A DNA stretch of 64,000 nucleotides from a virus. Under the pieces are notes generated by a model. It was not told the origin of the DNA. It made no database searches and worked only from the letters and a program-made list of their open reading frames with translations. The translations under genes and the position numbers were made by a program. The DNA lies in the IMG/VR virus record IMGVR_UViG_3300006947_000003, positions 32,001-96,000 of that record. One strand, 5' to 3'. Shown one piece after another: positions 46,388-56,443 of this stretch; position 1 is the stretch's first letter, and each line of letters starts with the position of its first letter.

Positions 46388-49285
46388 ATGGCAATAAGAA
46401 TTAATACAGAAGATAATGAAATTATAGTCAGTGATGTAGCAACAGAAGACACTCTACTGGAACTACTAAAAGCAGTTGAAGGCCTTAAGAAAAAAGGTAA
46501 CAACACTACTGACGCATCGAAACAAGCAAAAAATACCGGCGAAAAACTTGAAAAACTCGCCAAATCTGTAGATAAACAAACAATTACGTTAACTGACTGG
46601 GCTGGAAATATGGATGACGCCTCTGCAGACTTGTCTGCCGATATGGCTGCAAGGAGTAAAGCAGTAGCTGGCGCTTTGGGCAAAGTTGTAAAAAATACAG
46701 GTAATGTAATAAGTGATCTTATAAGAGGCCCGGCTAGTTTTGAATCACTAGGTAGGGCAATTCAGCAAGGTGCTGGGTTCTTAGGTGACGGATTAGGAGC
46801 CGCTGCAGACAGTATATCAGTTTTAGGCACTAAACTGCCAGGTGTAGGTGCTGGACTATCGATGGTTGGTGCCGCCGCAGGCGCGGCCGCAATGGCTATT
46901 GCCGCATATGCTCAAAATATGTATGACGGATTTATAGCATTAAGTCAAAGTGGAGCAAATTACAACGGTGACATAGTTAGGACAGCTGGCCAGGTACAGG
47001 GGTTAGGCATAACAATGAATGCCTTTACTCAGATTGTTCAACAAAATGCAGCCGGACTAGCAAACTTTGGCGGAACAGTTTCAGCTGGTGCCAAACGATT
47101 TGTAGAATTAGCAGATGTAATGCATGGGAAATTTGGTGGTGAGCTGTATGCTTTAGGTATCACATTTGACGAACAAGCAGAGCAAATGGCTAAGTTTACT
47201 CAAACACAATCGAGAAATACAAATTTTCAAAATTTGAGTTATGCTCAACAAAGTGTTCTCTTTAAAGATTATATAACAGACTTAACTAAGTTAACAGGAC
47301 TCACAGGCAAGAGCAGACAGCAACTATCAGAAGAACTAGCACAGAACGATTTAAGAGCTGATGCTAATTTGCGATTGGGTGGTGCTACAGTTGAGGCACG
47401 AAAAGCATTGGAAATGGCATTTAGTGCCTCAGGCGGACAAGATTCGGCCATTTCACAATTGTTAATGGCAGGTATTGCAGGTAAAGATTTAGCCCAAGAA
47501 ATGGCCGCTGGCAACACAACAATTAAGAATTTTGTAGCTGGTAACAGTGAAGCGGCTAAAAAGATACGCGACTTAGGTGATGCTGTAGCAACAGGAAAAA
47601 TAACACAAGACGAATTTCACAAGCAAATGGCCGCTATAACACCGGCTATTGAACGAAGTGGCAAAGAATTTCAATCATTATACGGTATAAATGATGTTGC
47701 TACTACTATGACAGAAGCAGGTTCTAGTGTTCAGAAGTATAATGTTCAAATTGAACAACTAAGGAAAGCAGAAGCTGATGGAATAGACACTACAACTAAA
47801 TCAGCAGAAGGCGCCGGTGGTGCCATTATGGACCTTTCTGCACAGTTAGTATCAGCTACATCTAGTATTAAGTCTGGTGTTAATACTGGAATAGCAGATT
47901 TTGTTGAATCTATGGGTTTCTCAGATGCTAAAGACTTAGGCGCCAAAATTCAAGGTAGTATTGATAAGTTTGGCACGATGGCTGACTTAATAATTGACGC
48001 ATTTTCGGACTTTTACACACAGTTTAGTATAGTTGCCGCGGCACCGTGGGACTACTTATTAGGTGGCACAAGTACAAAAGAATTACGAAGCCAAGCATCA
48101 GGGCATATAGAGAGATTGGGATTAGGCGACACTATAACCCCGGACTTTATTAGCAGTTTGTCAGGTGAGGATGCTACAGCATTAATAAAAGGCTCCCTTC
48201 AGGGTAAAGACCAAGCGTTAGCGACCTACGAAGCCATTAAAACACGAAAAGGCGAGGAAATTGCAGTAGAGAAAGAAGAGATCGTTAAGGCTTCAACTCT
48301 GGGTAACGTAGAAACTGATAGCAATACTCTTACTACAGAGCAAATAGAAGCTGACCTCAATCTGAAGAAAACAGGTAACGTTGACGCTAACGGAACTTCT
48401 GCTACTACGGGTAACGTTGCCACTTCAGGAAGTGAAGTTACTTTAGAAGCTGACCTCAATCTGAAGAAAACAGGTAACGTTGACGCTAAAGGAACTTCTG
48501 CTACTACGGGTAACGTTGCCACTTCAGGAAGTGAAGTTACTTCTTCTACACCTTCGTTTAACGCTGATAGTTATAGTGATTTGTTTAGTCAGAAACCTCT
48601 AGAAAATGGTGTAATATTACCAAACGGTAATATTCAAATGGAAGCATACGGTCACGATTCGCCTATAGCTTCTATGCTAACTCAGTGGTCTAATGCTACT
48701 AACGGCTTAGGTACCGGATCGGCGTACCAATATGCCGCACATCAGTTTGCAAATAATGTATCAGATTTGATGGGAGACAATGACGGTATAATGCCTGACA
48801 GCATGTCAGCAACAATCGCCGAAATGCAGAAAATATTTAATACAAACGACATTGGATTAGCGGCTGACGGATTTGAAGGAATGCTAGGAAAGAGCGGCAA
48901 GCTACAAGACTTGTGGCACATACGGTCGATGATAAACAACAGAATATCAAGTAACGGCCTAACTCCACCGTTTAAGCAATATGGCGGAGCTGTCGGAATG
49001 GGCAATCCATATATTGTTGGCGAGCGTGGCTCTGAATTATTTACACCAAGCGCCGGCGGCACTATAACACCTAATGAGGAACTGTCAACAGCACAACATT
49101 CTGAAAATATATATAAAGCCTTAAAAGAAAGCAATAAAATTAATGAAGGAATAGAAAATAAAATATCTAAAAATGCTGAATTATATGCTAGTCTTACTAG
49201 CGAACAAATTGATAAGTTAAATACGTTAATTAAATTAACTACAACAGGAAACAAGATAGCAAATACGATATCAGCTAATTCGTAG
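46388..49285 (+). CDS. Tape measure protein-like
   Basis: 965 aa, Ala/Gly-rich helical; C-terminal GG.V....YIVGERGSELF.P...G.I.PN motif typical of tape measure proteins. Confidence 0.7.
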   Translation: MAIRINTEDNEIIVSDVATEDTLLELLKAVEGLKKKGNNTTDASKQAKNTGEKLEKLAKSVDKQTITLTDWAGNMDDASADLSADMAARSKAVAGALGKVVKNTGNVISDLIRGPASFESLGRAIQQGAGFLGDGLGAAADSISVLGTKLPGVGAGLSMVGAAAGAAAMAIAAYAQNMYDGFIALSQSGANYNGDIVRTAGQVQGLGITMNAFTQIVQQNAAGLANFGGTVSAGAKRFVELADVMHGKFGGELYALGITFDEQAEQMAKFTQTQSRNTNFQNLSYAQQSVLFKDYITDLTKLTGLTGKSRQQLSEELAQNDLRADANLRLGGATVEARKALEMAFSASGGQDSAISQLLMAGIAGKDLAQEMAAGNTTIKNFVAGNSEAAKKIRDLGDAVATGKITQDEFHKQMAAITPAIERSGKEFQSLYGINDVATTMTEAGSSVQKYNVQIEQLRKAEADGIDTTTKSAEGAGGAIMDLSAQLVSATSSIKSGVNTGIADFVESMGFSDAKDLGAKIQGSIDKFGTMADLIIDAFSDFYTQFSIVAAAPWDYLLGGTSTKELRSQASGHIERLGLGDTITPDFISSLSGEDATALIKGSLQGKDQALATYEAIKTRKGEEIAVEKEEIVKASTLGNVETDSNTLTTEQIEADLNLKKTGNVDANGTSATTGNVATSGSEVTLEADLNLKKTGNVDAKGTSATTGNVATSGSEVTSSTPSFNADSYSDLFSQKPLENGVILPNGNIQMEAYGHDSPIASMLTQWSNATNGLGTGSAYQYAAHQFANNVSDLMGDNDGIMPDSMSATIAEMQKIFNTNDIGLAADGFEGMLGKSGKLQDLWHIRSMINNRISSNGLTPPFKQYGGAVGMGNPYIVGERGSELFTPSAGGTITPNEELSTAQHSENIYKALKESNKINEGIENKISKNAELYASLTSEQIDKLNTLIKLTTTGNKIANTISANS
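48345..48542 (+). repeat. 99-bp (33-aa) in-frame tandem duplication
   Basis: Units start at 48345 and 48444 and differ at one base (gctaac vs gctaaa). Confidence 0.9.
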
Positions 49286-49356
49286 TATATTAAACCAAGA
49301 TAATTTAACCGTGGTTTAATATGTACTAAATAGCAGTATATAATAGGAAAAAGAAT

Positions 49357-51024
49357 ATGGGTTGGAAAAAATATTTTAAAACAGTAGATACGGGCAGTCT
49401 TAGTCCATTAAGCGGAAAAGGCTCAAAACCTGATATGGGTTTTAAGAATTACCAAAGTCAACTTCCGGAAGTGTATATTGGTCATCCAAACAGGATTGAA
49501 AGATACACTCAATACGAATCTATGGATATGGATTCTGAAGTTAACACAGCAATTGATATTTTAGCAGAATTTTGTACAATGAAGTCACCAGAAAATGGTA
49601 CTCCATTTACTTTTAATTTTAAAGAAAGCCCTACAGAAACAGAAGTAAAAGTTTTAAGTGAACAACTTAAAAATTGGAACAGTTTAAACGATTTTAACAA
49701 ACGAATTTTTAAAGTGTTTCGTAATGTATTAAAGTACGGCGATCAAACATTCATTAGAGACCCAGAAACATTTGAATGGTTTTGGGTAGAGCCGCAAAAC
49801 GTAACAAAAGTTGTAGTTAATGAAGCAAAGGGTAAAAAACCAGAAGTTTATATATTAAAAGATCTTGCCCCCAACTTTGAAAACTTAACAGTTACAGCAC
49901 CTCAACACACAGAAACAGCAAACATGTCGCCTAGTTCGACTACGGGGTCTAACAACGGTGGACATTACAGCGGCAGACAGACAGAAACTACTGAAAACTC
50001 CATAGACGCAGAAAATGTTGTACATTTAAGTTTAACAGAAGGCTTAGATGCTAACTGGCCCTTTGGTACAAGTGTATTAGAAAATATATTTAAGGTATAC
50101 AAGCAAAAAGAATTACTAGAAGATGCTATTATTATATACAGGGTACAACGAGCGCCAGAGCGTAGAGTATTTTATATTGACGTAGGTAACATGCCAACAC
50201 ATATGGCAATGGGCTATGTTGAAAGAGTTAAAAACGAAATTCATCAAAGACGAATCCCAACATCAACAGGTGGCGGACAAAGTATGATGGATGCTACTTA
50301 TAATCCGTTATCAATTAATGAAGATTATTTCTTCCCTCAAACAGCAGAAGGCAGAGGTTCTAAAGTTGAAACATTACCAGGTGGAGAAAACCTTGGTGAG
50401 ATATCAGACTTAAAATACTTTACTAATAAGTTGTACAGAGGATTAAGAATACCAGCAACATATCTACCTACATCAGGTGATGATGCTACTAATACAGTAG
50501 CAGACGGTAAAGTAGGCGTAGCATTAATACAAGAACATAGATTTAATCAGTATTGTATGCGGTTACAAAGTTTAGTAGCTAGTACCTTTGACGATGAATT
50601 TAAATTGTTTTTACGTTGGAGAGGAGTTAACATTGATAATTCGATCTTTGACATTGAACTTAACGAGCCTCAAAACTTTGCTAGTTACAGACAAAGTGAC
50701 ATAGATGCTAGTAGAATTAGTAACTTTACTCAAATGGAAGGTGTCCCGTATATTAGTAAAAGGTTTGCTTTAGAACGATTCTTAGGCTTAACTGAAGAAG
50801 AAATGAAAGATAATGATATAATGTGGCGAGAAGAACAAGGTGATTCAGAAAACTTACTAGGCGGTAAATCTCTTAGAAGTGCTGGAATTACACCAGGCGG
50901 ATTAGGCGCTGACATAGATTCTTTAGGTGATCCTGGAGATTTAGGTGGAGAAGAAGGCGACGATTTAGGTGGAGAAGAAGGCGGCGACGCTGACTCAGGA
51001 GCAGAAGAGGATATATCGATTTAA
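49357..51024 (+). CDS. Portal protein, gp20-like
   Basis: LLEDAIIIYRVQRAPERRVFYIDVGNMP, EDYFFP...GRGSKVETLPGG.NLG, YF..KL.RGLRIP. Confidence 0.95.
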   Translation: MGWKKYFKTVDTGSLSPLSGKGSKPDMGFKNYQSQLPEVYIGHPNRIERYTQYESMDMDSEVNTAIDILAEFCTMKSPENGTPFTFNFKESPTETEVKVLSEQLKNWNSLNDFNKRIFKVFRNVLKYGDQTFIRDPETFEWFWVEPQNVTKVVVNEAKGKKPEVYILKDLAPNFENLTVTAPQHTETANMSPSSTTGSNNGGHYSGRQTETTENSIDAENVVHLSLTEGLDANWPFGTSVLENIFKVYKQKELLEDAIIIYRVQRAPERRVFYIDVGNMPTHMAMGYVERVKNEIHQRRIPTSTGGGQSMMDATYNPLSINEDYFFPQTAEGRGSKVETLPGGENLGEISDLKYFTNKLYRGLRIPATYLPTSGDDATNTVADGKVGVALIQEHRFNQYCMRLQSLVASTFDDEFKLFLRWRGVNIDNSIFDIELNEPQNFASYRQSDIDASRISNFTQMEGVPYISKRFALERFLGLTEEEMKDNDIMWREEQGDSENLLGGKSLRSAGITPGGLGADIDSLGDPGDLGGEEGDDLGGEEGGDADSGAEEDISI

Positions 51025-51052
51025 ATTTTATTGAAATCGATTAAATACAAGT

Positions 51053-51283
51053 ATGAAATTATTCGAATTAAACCAAGATCAAAACGATCAAAAAGATTTT
51101 TATAATGCTGAAAATGACCAAAGCATTTTAGTACAAGGTAATACTCGTAAGAGTAAACTGACACTAGGTCAAATTAACGGCTTGAGAAAGATGTATGATG
51201 CTAAAAAGTTTGAAAAATCAAAAATGATAGAAAAAATTAAGGCACAATACGGGCAAGAAAACTCAGGCAACGACGAATTATAA
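51053..51283 (+). CDS. Small head-module protein
   Basis: 76-aa ORF between portal and core genes, TRK..LTL..IN.LRKM...QYG. Confidence 0.65.
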   Translation: MKLFELNQDQNDQKDFYNAENDQSILVQGNTRKSKLTLGQINGLRKMYDAKKFEKSKMIEKIKAQYGQENSGNDEL

Positions 51284-51428
51284 CCCCAGGCAACTAATAA
51301 ATTAAAACGTGTTACATATTTCACCAAAAGGTGCGATTATCTGACGTTTTAACGAATTAAACTAGCATATTTGTAAATACTATTACGAAAATGCGCCATA
51401 TCTCGTGTATTAACAAGGAGTTCAAAAC

Positions 51429-52298
51429 ATGAACAACAAATGGAAATCACTTATTGAACTAGTAGTCAATGAGGAAGAAGACAAAGCAAAAGACCTCTTT
51501 CATGAGATCGCTGTTGATGAGTCTCGTAAAATTTACGAAAACTTAATCGACGAAGAAGATCTTGCTGATATCGACGAAGCGTCAGAAGAAGACGAAGTTG
51601 ATGAAGCGAAAGAAGTAGACGAAACAGAAGAAACAGTTGAAGAAGCAACTGACGAAGAAGTAGATGAAGCAAAGGACGAAGTTGAAGAAGACTTCTCTAG
51701 AGATCAAACTGCTGATTTTGTAGATGACATTAAAGCTGATGAAATTGGCATGGGCGAAGACGATGACGAAGGTGAAGATCCTGAAGCAGACGCTGGCGAC
51801 ATGGCTGACGACATGGGTTTAGATGCAGGCGAAGAAGAAATGGATCCGGAAGACGCTGAGCGTATGGAAGATGAAATTTTAGACCTTCAAACTGCAATCG
51901 ACGATTTAAGATCAGAATTTGAAGCAATGACTGGTGATGAAGAAGCACCTGCAGACGGTGAAATGGACATGGAACCTGAGATGGAACCAGAGATGGAACC
52001 AGAGATGGAACCTGAATTAGCACCTGAAGAATCTGTACGTTACGAAAGTGACGACGTTGAAGAAGCTGAAGAAGTTGTAGAATACACAAAAAATGTGTCT
52101 GCTCCAACAAACTCTGAAGGCGGAGACGGATCATCTGGACCAGTTGCAAAGCAACAAAAGGGCGGACTAACTACACCTAAGAAAGATGAAACAGGTGGAA
52201 AAGTTTCAGCTCCTAAAGTTAGTGATGCTGGTAATGTAAACACAAAGGGCGGCGGCAAACATAAATTGTCTCCAGCACCTAAGCCAGTAACAAAATAA
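51429..52298 (+). CDS. Highly acidic prohead core/internal protein
   Basis: D/E-rich, AAGGAG RBS, upstream TGTAAATA (51372-51379), precedes the prohead protease. Confidence 0.6.
   Translation: MNNKWKSLIELVVNEEEDKAKDLFHEIAVDESRKIYENLIDEEDLADIDEASEEDEVDEAKEVDETEETVEEATDEEVDEAKDEVEEDFSRDQTADFVDDIKADEIGMGEDDDEGEDPEADAGDMADDMGLDAGEEEMDPEDAERMEDEILDLQTAIDDLRSEFEAMTGDEEAPADGEMDMEPEMEPEMEPEMEPELAPEESVRYESDDVEEAEEVVEYTKNVSAPTNSEGGDGSSGPVAKQQKGGLTTPKKDETGGKVSAPKVSDAGNVNTKGGGKHKLSPAPKPVTK
51970..52017 (+). repeat. 12-bp coding tandem repeat (MEPE x4)
   Basis: ATGGAACC(T/A)GA(G/A) repeated four times. Confidence 0.8.
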
Positions 52299-52310
52299 GG
52301 ATTATAGGAA

Positions 52311-52943
52311 ATGAGACCTTTACTACAAGAAAACTTAACGTTCGATCAAGCGAATCTAATTATAGAATCTGCTAACGACGGCAAGGACTTGTATATGAAA
52401 GGGATTTGTATACAAGGCGGGGTAAAAAACGCTAACGAACGTGTATATCCTGTAAACGAAATTGCTTCGGCAGTAAAAACATTGAATGATCAGATCACAA
52501 CGGGCAATAGTGTCCTTGGAGAAGTAGACCATCCGGAAGGGTTACAAGTTAACCTAGATCGAGTATGCCATATGGTAGAAAGTATGTGGATGGATGGTCC
52601 AAACGGATTTGGTAAATTAAAGATTCTCCCAACACCTATGGGACAACTAGTGAAAACTATGTTAGATAGTGGTGTAAAATTGGGAGTAAGCAGTCGCGGA
52701 AGCGGCAACGTCAATGAAGCCACCGGACAGGTGAGCGAATTCGAGATAGTCACAATAGATGTTGTGGCACAACCTTCTGCACCTAATGCTTATCCTACAG
52801 CAATATACGAAGGACTTTTGAACATGAAACATGGTCATAGAGTTTTAGAAATTGCCAAAGATGCACAGCATGATACTAAGGTACAGAGGTATTTAAAGGA
52901 TGAAGTACTTAAACTCATCCAAGACTTAAAAGTAAGGAGTTGA
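52311..52943 (+). CDS. Prohead protease, gp21-like
   Basis: N.N.RVYP, GEVDHP, L.TPMG, LGVSSRGSG, D.VA.PSAP.A. Confidence 0.95.
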   Translation: MRPLLQENLTFDQANLIIESANDGKDLYMKGICIQGGVKNANERVYPVNEIASAVKTLNDQITTGNSVLGEVDHPEGLQVNLDRVCHMVESMWMDGPNGFGKLKILPTPMGQLVKTMLDSGVKLGVSSRGSGNVNEATGQVSEFEIVTIDVVAQPSAPNAYPTAIYEGLLNMKHGHRVLEIAKDAQHDTKVQRYLKDEVLKLIQDLKVRS

Positions 52944-52948
52944 CCAAT

Positions 52949-54031
52949 ATGTTAGACGTCATCAAACCATTGCTTGATAGTGATCTAGTAAATGAGGAAA
53001 CTCGTAATCAGATTACTGAAGCTTGGGATACCAAGTTGCAGGAAATCCGTGAAGAAGTTACTCAGGATCTACGCGAAGAATTCGCTGGTCGTTATGAGCA
53101 TGATAAACAAACAATGGTTGAGGCTCTCGATAGAATGGTTACAGAAAATCTTAGTGTTGAAATTAAGCAAGTAGTTGCTGAAAAGAAAGCACTAGCAGAG
53201 GACCGTGTTAAATTAAACACAACGATGAATGAGTCTGCTGAAAAGTTTAATAATTTCCTAGTTAAGAAATTAGCTGAAGAAATTAGCGAACTTAGAAGCG
53301 ACCGTAAGTCACAGTCTGTGACAATAGAAAAACTTGAACAGTTTGTAATTAATAATCTTGCTGAAGAAATTAGCGAGTTTCATAAAGACAAGAAAGACGT
53401 CATTGAAACGAAAGTTAAGCTAGTTGCTGAAGCGAAGGATCAATTAGATTCTCTTAAGAAGAAATTCATAGAGAAATCAAGCAAACTTGTAAAAGAAGCT
53501 GTAACTGGCACTTTAAGAGAAGAACTTTCTCAACTAAAAGAAGACATTAAACAAGCTCGTACAAATAACTTTGGACGCAAATTGTTTGAAACATTCGCCG
53601 CTGAATACTCTACTAGTTACTTGAATGAAAATCAAGAAATGAAAGAGCTAGAGGCAGTGATTGTTGCTAAAGACAAGCAATTAAAAGAAGTTACTGAGAA
53701 ATCAGAAGCATCTGCTACTGAAGTTAAAGTCCAAACGGCAAAAATTGGACGTATAAACGAAGGAATCGAAAGAAAAGCTAAAATTGACAGTTTACTAAAG
53801 CCACTTGCTTACAAGCAGGCTGACGTAATGACAAGTTTGCTTGAAAGCGTCAAAACTGATAAACTACAATCAGCGTATGACAAATATTTGCCAGCAGTAC
53901 TAAAGAACGAAGCTCCGAAAAAAGAAGTTTTAGCGGAATCTCGTAAAGAAGTTACTGGAAATAAAACTAAACACAGCCTAACAGATGCAGAAGATAATAT
54001 CATTCTTCTTCAAAAGTTAGCTGGAATGTAA
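52949..54031 (+). CDS. Prohead scaffolding protein, gp22-like
   Basis: Coiled-coil, FGRKLFE.F..E, ends LAG; between gp21 and gp23. ATG 52949 fits the AGGAG RBS. Confidence 0.8.
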   Translation: MLDVIKPLLDSDLVNEETRNQITEAWDTKLQEIREEVTQDLREEFAGRYEHDKQTMVEALDRMVTENLSVEIKQVVAEKKALAEDRVKLNTTMNESAEKFNNFLVKKLAEEISELRSDRKSQSVTIEKLEQFVINNLAEEISEFHKDKKDVIETKVKLVAEAKDQLDSLKKKFIEKSSKLVKEAVTGTLREELSQLKEDIKQARTNNFGRKLFETFAAEYSTSYLNENQEMKELEAVIVAKDKQLKEVTEKSEASATEVKVQTAKIGRINEGIERKAKIDSLLKPLAYKQADVMTSLLESVKTDKLQSAYDKYLPAVLKNEAPKKEVLAESRKEVTGNKTKHSLTDAEDNIILLQKLAGM

Positions 54032-54049
54032 CTAAAAGGAGACATAAAA

Positions 54050-55219
54050 ATGTCAGATACATTAATTGAAAGCCGTTGGGATGATACTAAATCGGCACTT
54101 ATGGAAGGCTTGCAAGGTAAAGCTAAGACTACCATGGGCGTTGTTCTAGAGAACACCCGTAACTACTTAAAAGAGGCTGCAACTGCTGGCGCTACATCAG
54201 CCGGCAACGTAGCAACTTTAAATCGTGTGATACTACCAGTAATCAGACGTGTAATGCCTACTGTGATCGCGAACGAAATCGTTGGTGTTCAGCCAATGCA
54301 AGGTCCAGTTGGTCAAATTCATACTCTTAGAGTAAGATATGCTGATGCTTCTTCAGGCGCTACTACAGTGACTGCAGGCGACGAAGCATTAAGCCCGTTC
54401 AAAATTGCTGAGCAATATTCAGGTAACGATAGTTCACCTGGCGCAGGCTCAAGCACAGCAACTTTAGAAGGTGCTCCAGGTAAGAAATTGAACATCCAGA
54501 TTTTAAAGCAACCAGTTGAAGCTAAGACAAGAAAACTTTCAGCTCGTTGGACTTTTGAATCAGCTCAAGATGCTCAGTCAATGCATGGAATCGACGTTGA
54601 AGCAGAAATTATGGCTGCTTTGGCTCAAGAAATTACCGCTGAGATCGACCAAGAAGTTCTTACTTCTCTTAGATCTTTGGCTGCTACTGAAGAAACTTTC
54701 AATCAAGCGGCTGTAAGTGGTACTGCTACTTATGTTGGTGATGAGCATGCCGCTCTAGCTGTTTTAATTAACAGAGTTGCTAACAAAATTGCACAAAGAA
54801 CAAGACGTGGTTCTGGTAACTGGGCTGTGGTTTCTCCACAAGCTCTTACTGTACTACAATCAGCATCAACTTCAGCGTTCGCAAGAACAACTGAAGGTAC
54901 GTTTGAAGCTCCAACAAACAATAAGTTTGTAGGTACTTTGAATGGCGCTATGAAAATCTACGTAGACACTTATGCCGCTGATTCTTCAGCTGTGCTAGTT
55001 GGTTACAAAGGTTCTTCAGAAGCTGATGCGGCTGCGTTCTATTGCCCATACGTTCCTCTTATGTCTTCAGGTGTTGTTTTAGACCCTGATACATTAGAAC
55101 CAGTTGTTGGCTTTATGACAAGATACGGATATGTTGAGTTAACTAACACAGCATCTTCACTTGGTAATGCAGGCGACTACTTAGGCGAAATTGCAATGTC
55201 AAACATTAGCTTTAGCTAA
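54050..55219 (+). CDS. Major capsid protein, gp23-like
   Basis: RRVMP..IA.EIVGVQPM.GPVG.I, VEAKTRKL.ARWT.E.AQD, EI..EID, FYCPYVPL, TRYG. Confidence 0.97.
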   Translation: MSDTLIESRWDDTKSALMEGLQGKAKTTMGVVLENTRNYLKEAATAGATSAGNVATLNRVILPVIRRVMPTVIANEIVGVQPMQGPVGQIHTLRVRYADASSGATTVTAGDEALSPFKIAEQYSGNDSSPGAGSSTATLEGAPGKKLNIQILKQPVEAKTRKLSARWTFESAQDAQSMHGIDVEAEIMAALAQEITAEIDQEVLTSLRSLAATEETFNQAAVSGTATYVGDEHAALAVLINRVANKIAQRTRRGSGNWAVVSPQALTVLQSASTSAFARTTEGTFEAPTNNKFVGTLNGAMKIYVDTYAADSSAVLVGYKGSSEADAAAFYCPYVPLMSSGVVLDPDTLEPVVGFMTRYGYVELTNTASSLGNAGDYLGEIAMSNISFS

Positions 55220-55247
55220 TCACTGATGTAGTATTTTTTACTATTTT

Positions 55248-55276
55248 AAGAAAGGGTCTTAGGACCCTTTCTTTTT
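55248..55276 (+). terminator. Intrinsic terminator after the major capsid gene
   Basis: AAGAAAGGGTC-TTAG-GACCCTTTCTT followed by a T run. Confidence 0.85.
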
Positions 55277-55295
55277 GACTGCTATAAATATTAAT

Positions 55296-55901
55296 ATGAA
55301 TCTAATAGTATACGGCGATCAATTAGTAGCCAGTCCAGGAACATACAACGGTTATAATGTACAACCAGGTGAGCATTGGTGGGAATTATTAGCAACTGAA
55401 CTAGGAAGTAATCCTGTTATTTTAAAAACCCCTGATAAATGTGTGGGTATTAGTCCGTTATATTATGCCAGTAATATTATAAAAACTACACAAAACAGTG
55501 ATGATTTCTTTATAAGTGTAGTACCGTCGCCTTCTAGATCTTTAAATTGGGATTCCACAGGACCATTACATGCTATTACAGAAAACTTAGGTCCTCATCA
55601 TACAGATGAATATTGTGAATGGCAATCTAATTTTACTTACAACATATTAAATGAATGGGCAAAAGATAAACATTGTTTATTCTTTGTACAAGAAAGTACA
55701 AAACCGTCTACTGACAAACTTTTTGTTTTACCTAGTATTAACAGAGATAACATTAATCAATTTTGGGGCTGGGTAATGGACCAACATCCTGATTTATCGC
55801 ACCCTGGACATTTTTATCAAAAATGTGCTCCTGATAGGAAATTAAATGCTTATGGTCATAAATGTGTTTATGAGGTAGTAAGAAAGTATATTATTAGATA
55901 A
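55296..55901 (+). CDS. Hypothetical protein, possible degenerate SGNH-hydrolase fold
   Basis: LIVYGDQ (GDS-like) N-terminus and LNAYGH C-terminus; ATG 55296 lies 5 nt after TATAAATA (55283-55290). Confidence 0.45.
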   Translation: MNLIVYGDQLVASPGTYNGYNVQPGEHWWELLATELGSNPVILKTPDKCVGISPLYYASNIIKTTQNSDDFFISVVPSPSRSLNWDSTGPLHAITENLGPHHTDEYCEWQSNFTYNILNEWAKDKHCLFFVQESTKPSTDKLFVLPSINRDNINQFWGWVMDQHPDLSHPGHFYQKCAPDRKLNAYGHKCVYEVVRKYIIR

Positions 55902-55993
55902 ATACTATTGTCGTAAATCGTGCTACAATAGGTGTAGACTTATGCGGAATTGACCCACCGCGTATTACATAGAACGTAACTTAGGAGAAAAAA
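55897..55993 (+). promoter_or_regulatory. Late promoter plus structured ~85-nt leader
   Basis: GATAAATA (55897-55904); hairpins CTACA/TGTAG and TATGCGG/CCGCGTA; AGGAG RBS. Confidence 0.5.
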
Positions 55994-56371
55994 ATGGGAC
56001 GTCCAGTAAATAAAAGTAAATTTGGTGAAGTAGATTCTGATTCAGGCAACATCACAGTTAACTGTAAAGTTAGCTCAAATGCGGCTTCAGTTCAGGGTAT
56101 GATTAAATCACAAAGATCATCTACAAAATTCAATGTTGATGATGCAAAAGATGATTCAGGTAACGAAGGTGTTTGTTCACTAGTTGATAAAGCATCTGAG
56201 CAATTAGCGGCAGATGAAATGTCTATTTCTGCTGTAATTAACGGTACTACAACTTATAAAAATATTAAAAAGTTGTTTAACAGAACGTGTACTGATTATG
56301 ATAATGTACGATACACATGGTCCATATCAGATGACTCTGCTGTTAATGTTATGACGATTGTTGCTATCTAA
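55994..56371 (+). CDS. Probable virion (head-associated) protein
   Basis: MGRP..K..FG start, strong RBS, capsid-like codon choice, own promoter and terminator. Confidence 0.5.
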   Translation: MGRPVNKSKFGEVDSDSGNITVNCKVSSNAASVQGMIKSQRSSTKFNVDDAKDDSGNEGVCSLVDKASEQLAADEMSISAVINGTTTYKNIKKLFNRTCTDYDNVRYTWSISDDSAVNVMTIVAI

Positions 56372-56393
56372 TCCAGATACAAAATTGTAATTT

Positions 56394-56432
56394 AAAATGA
56401 CTGCTAATTAATGTTAGTAGTCATTTTTTTTT
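56394..56432 (+). terminator. Intrinsic terminator
   Basis: AATGACTGCTAA-loop-TTAGTAGTCATT followed by a T run. Confidence 0.75.
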
Positions 56433-56443
56433 GAAGGAACATA

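Noticed and set aside
48345-48542. Diversity-generating retroelement TR/VR pair
   Set aside because: The copies are adjacent and in frame with a single difference, and no reverse transcriptase is present in the window.
49288-49322. ATATTAAACCA/TGGTTTAATAT inverted repeat as a novel element
   Set aside because: An AT-rich hairpin between the tape measure and portal genes is adequately explained as a terminator or mRNA-stability stem.
50938-50985. 24-bp duplication at the portal C-terminus and MEPE repeats at 51970-52017 as regulatory repeats
   Set aside because: Both are in-frame low-complexity expansions in acidic tails.
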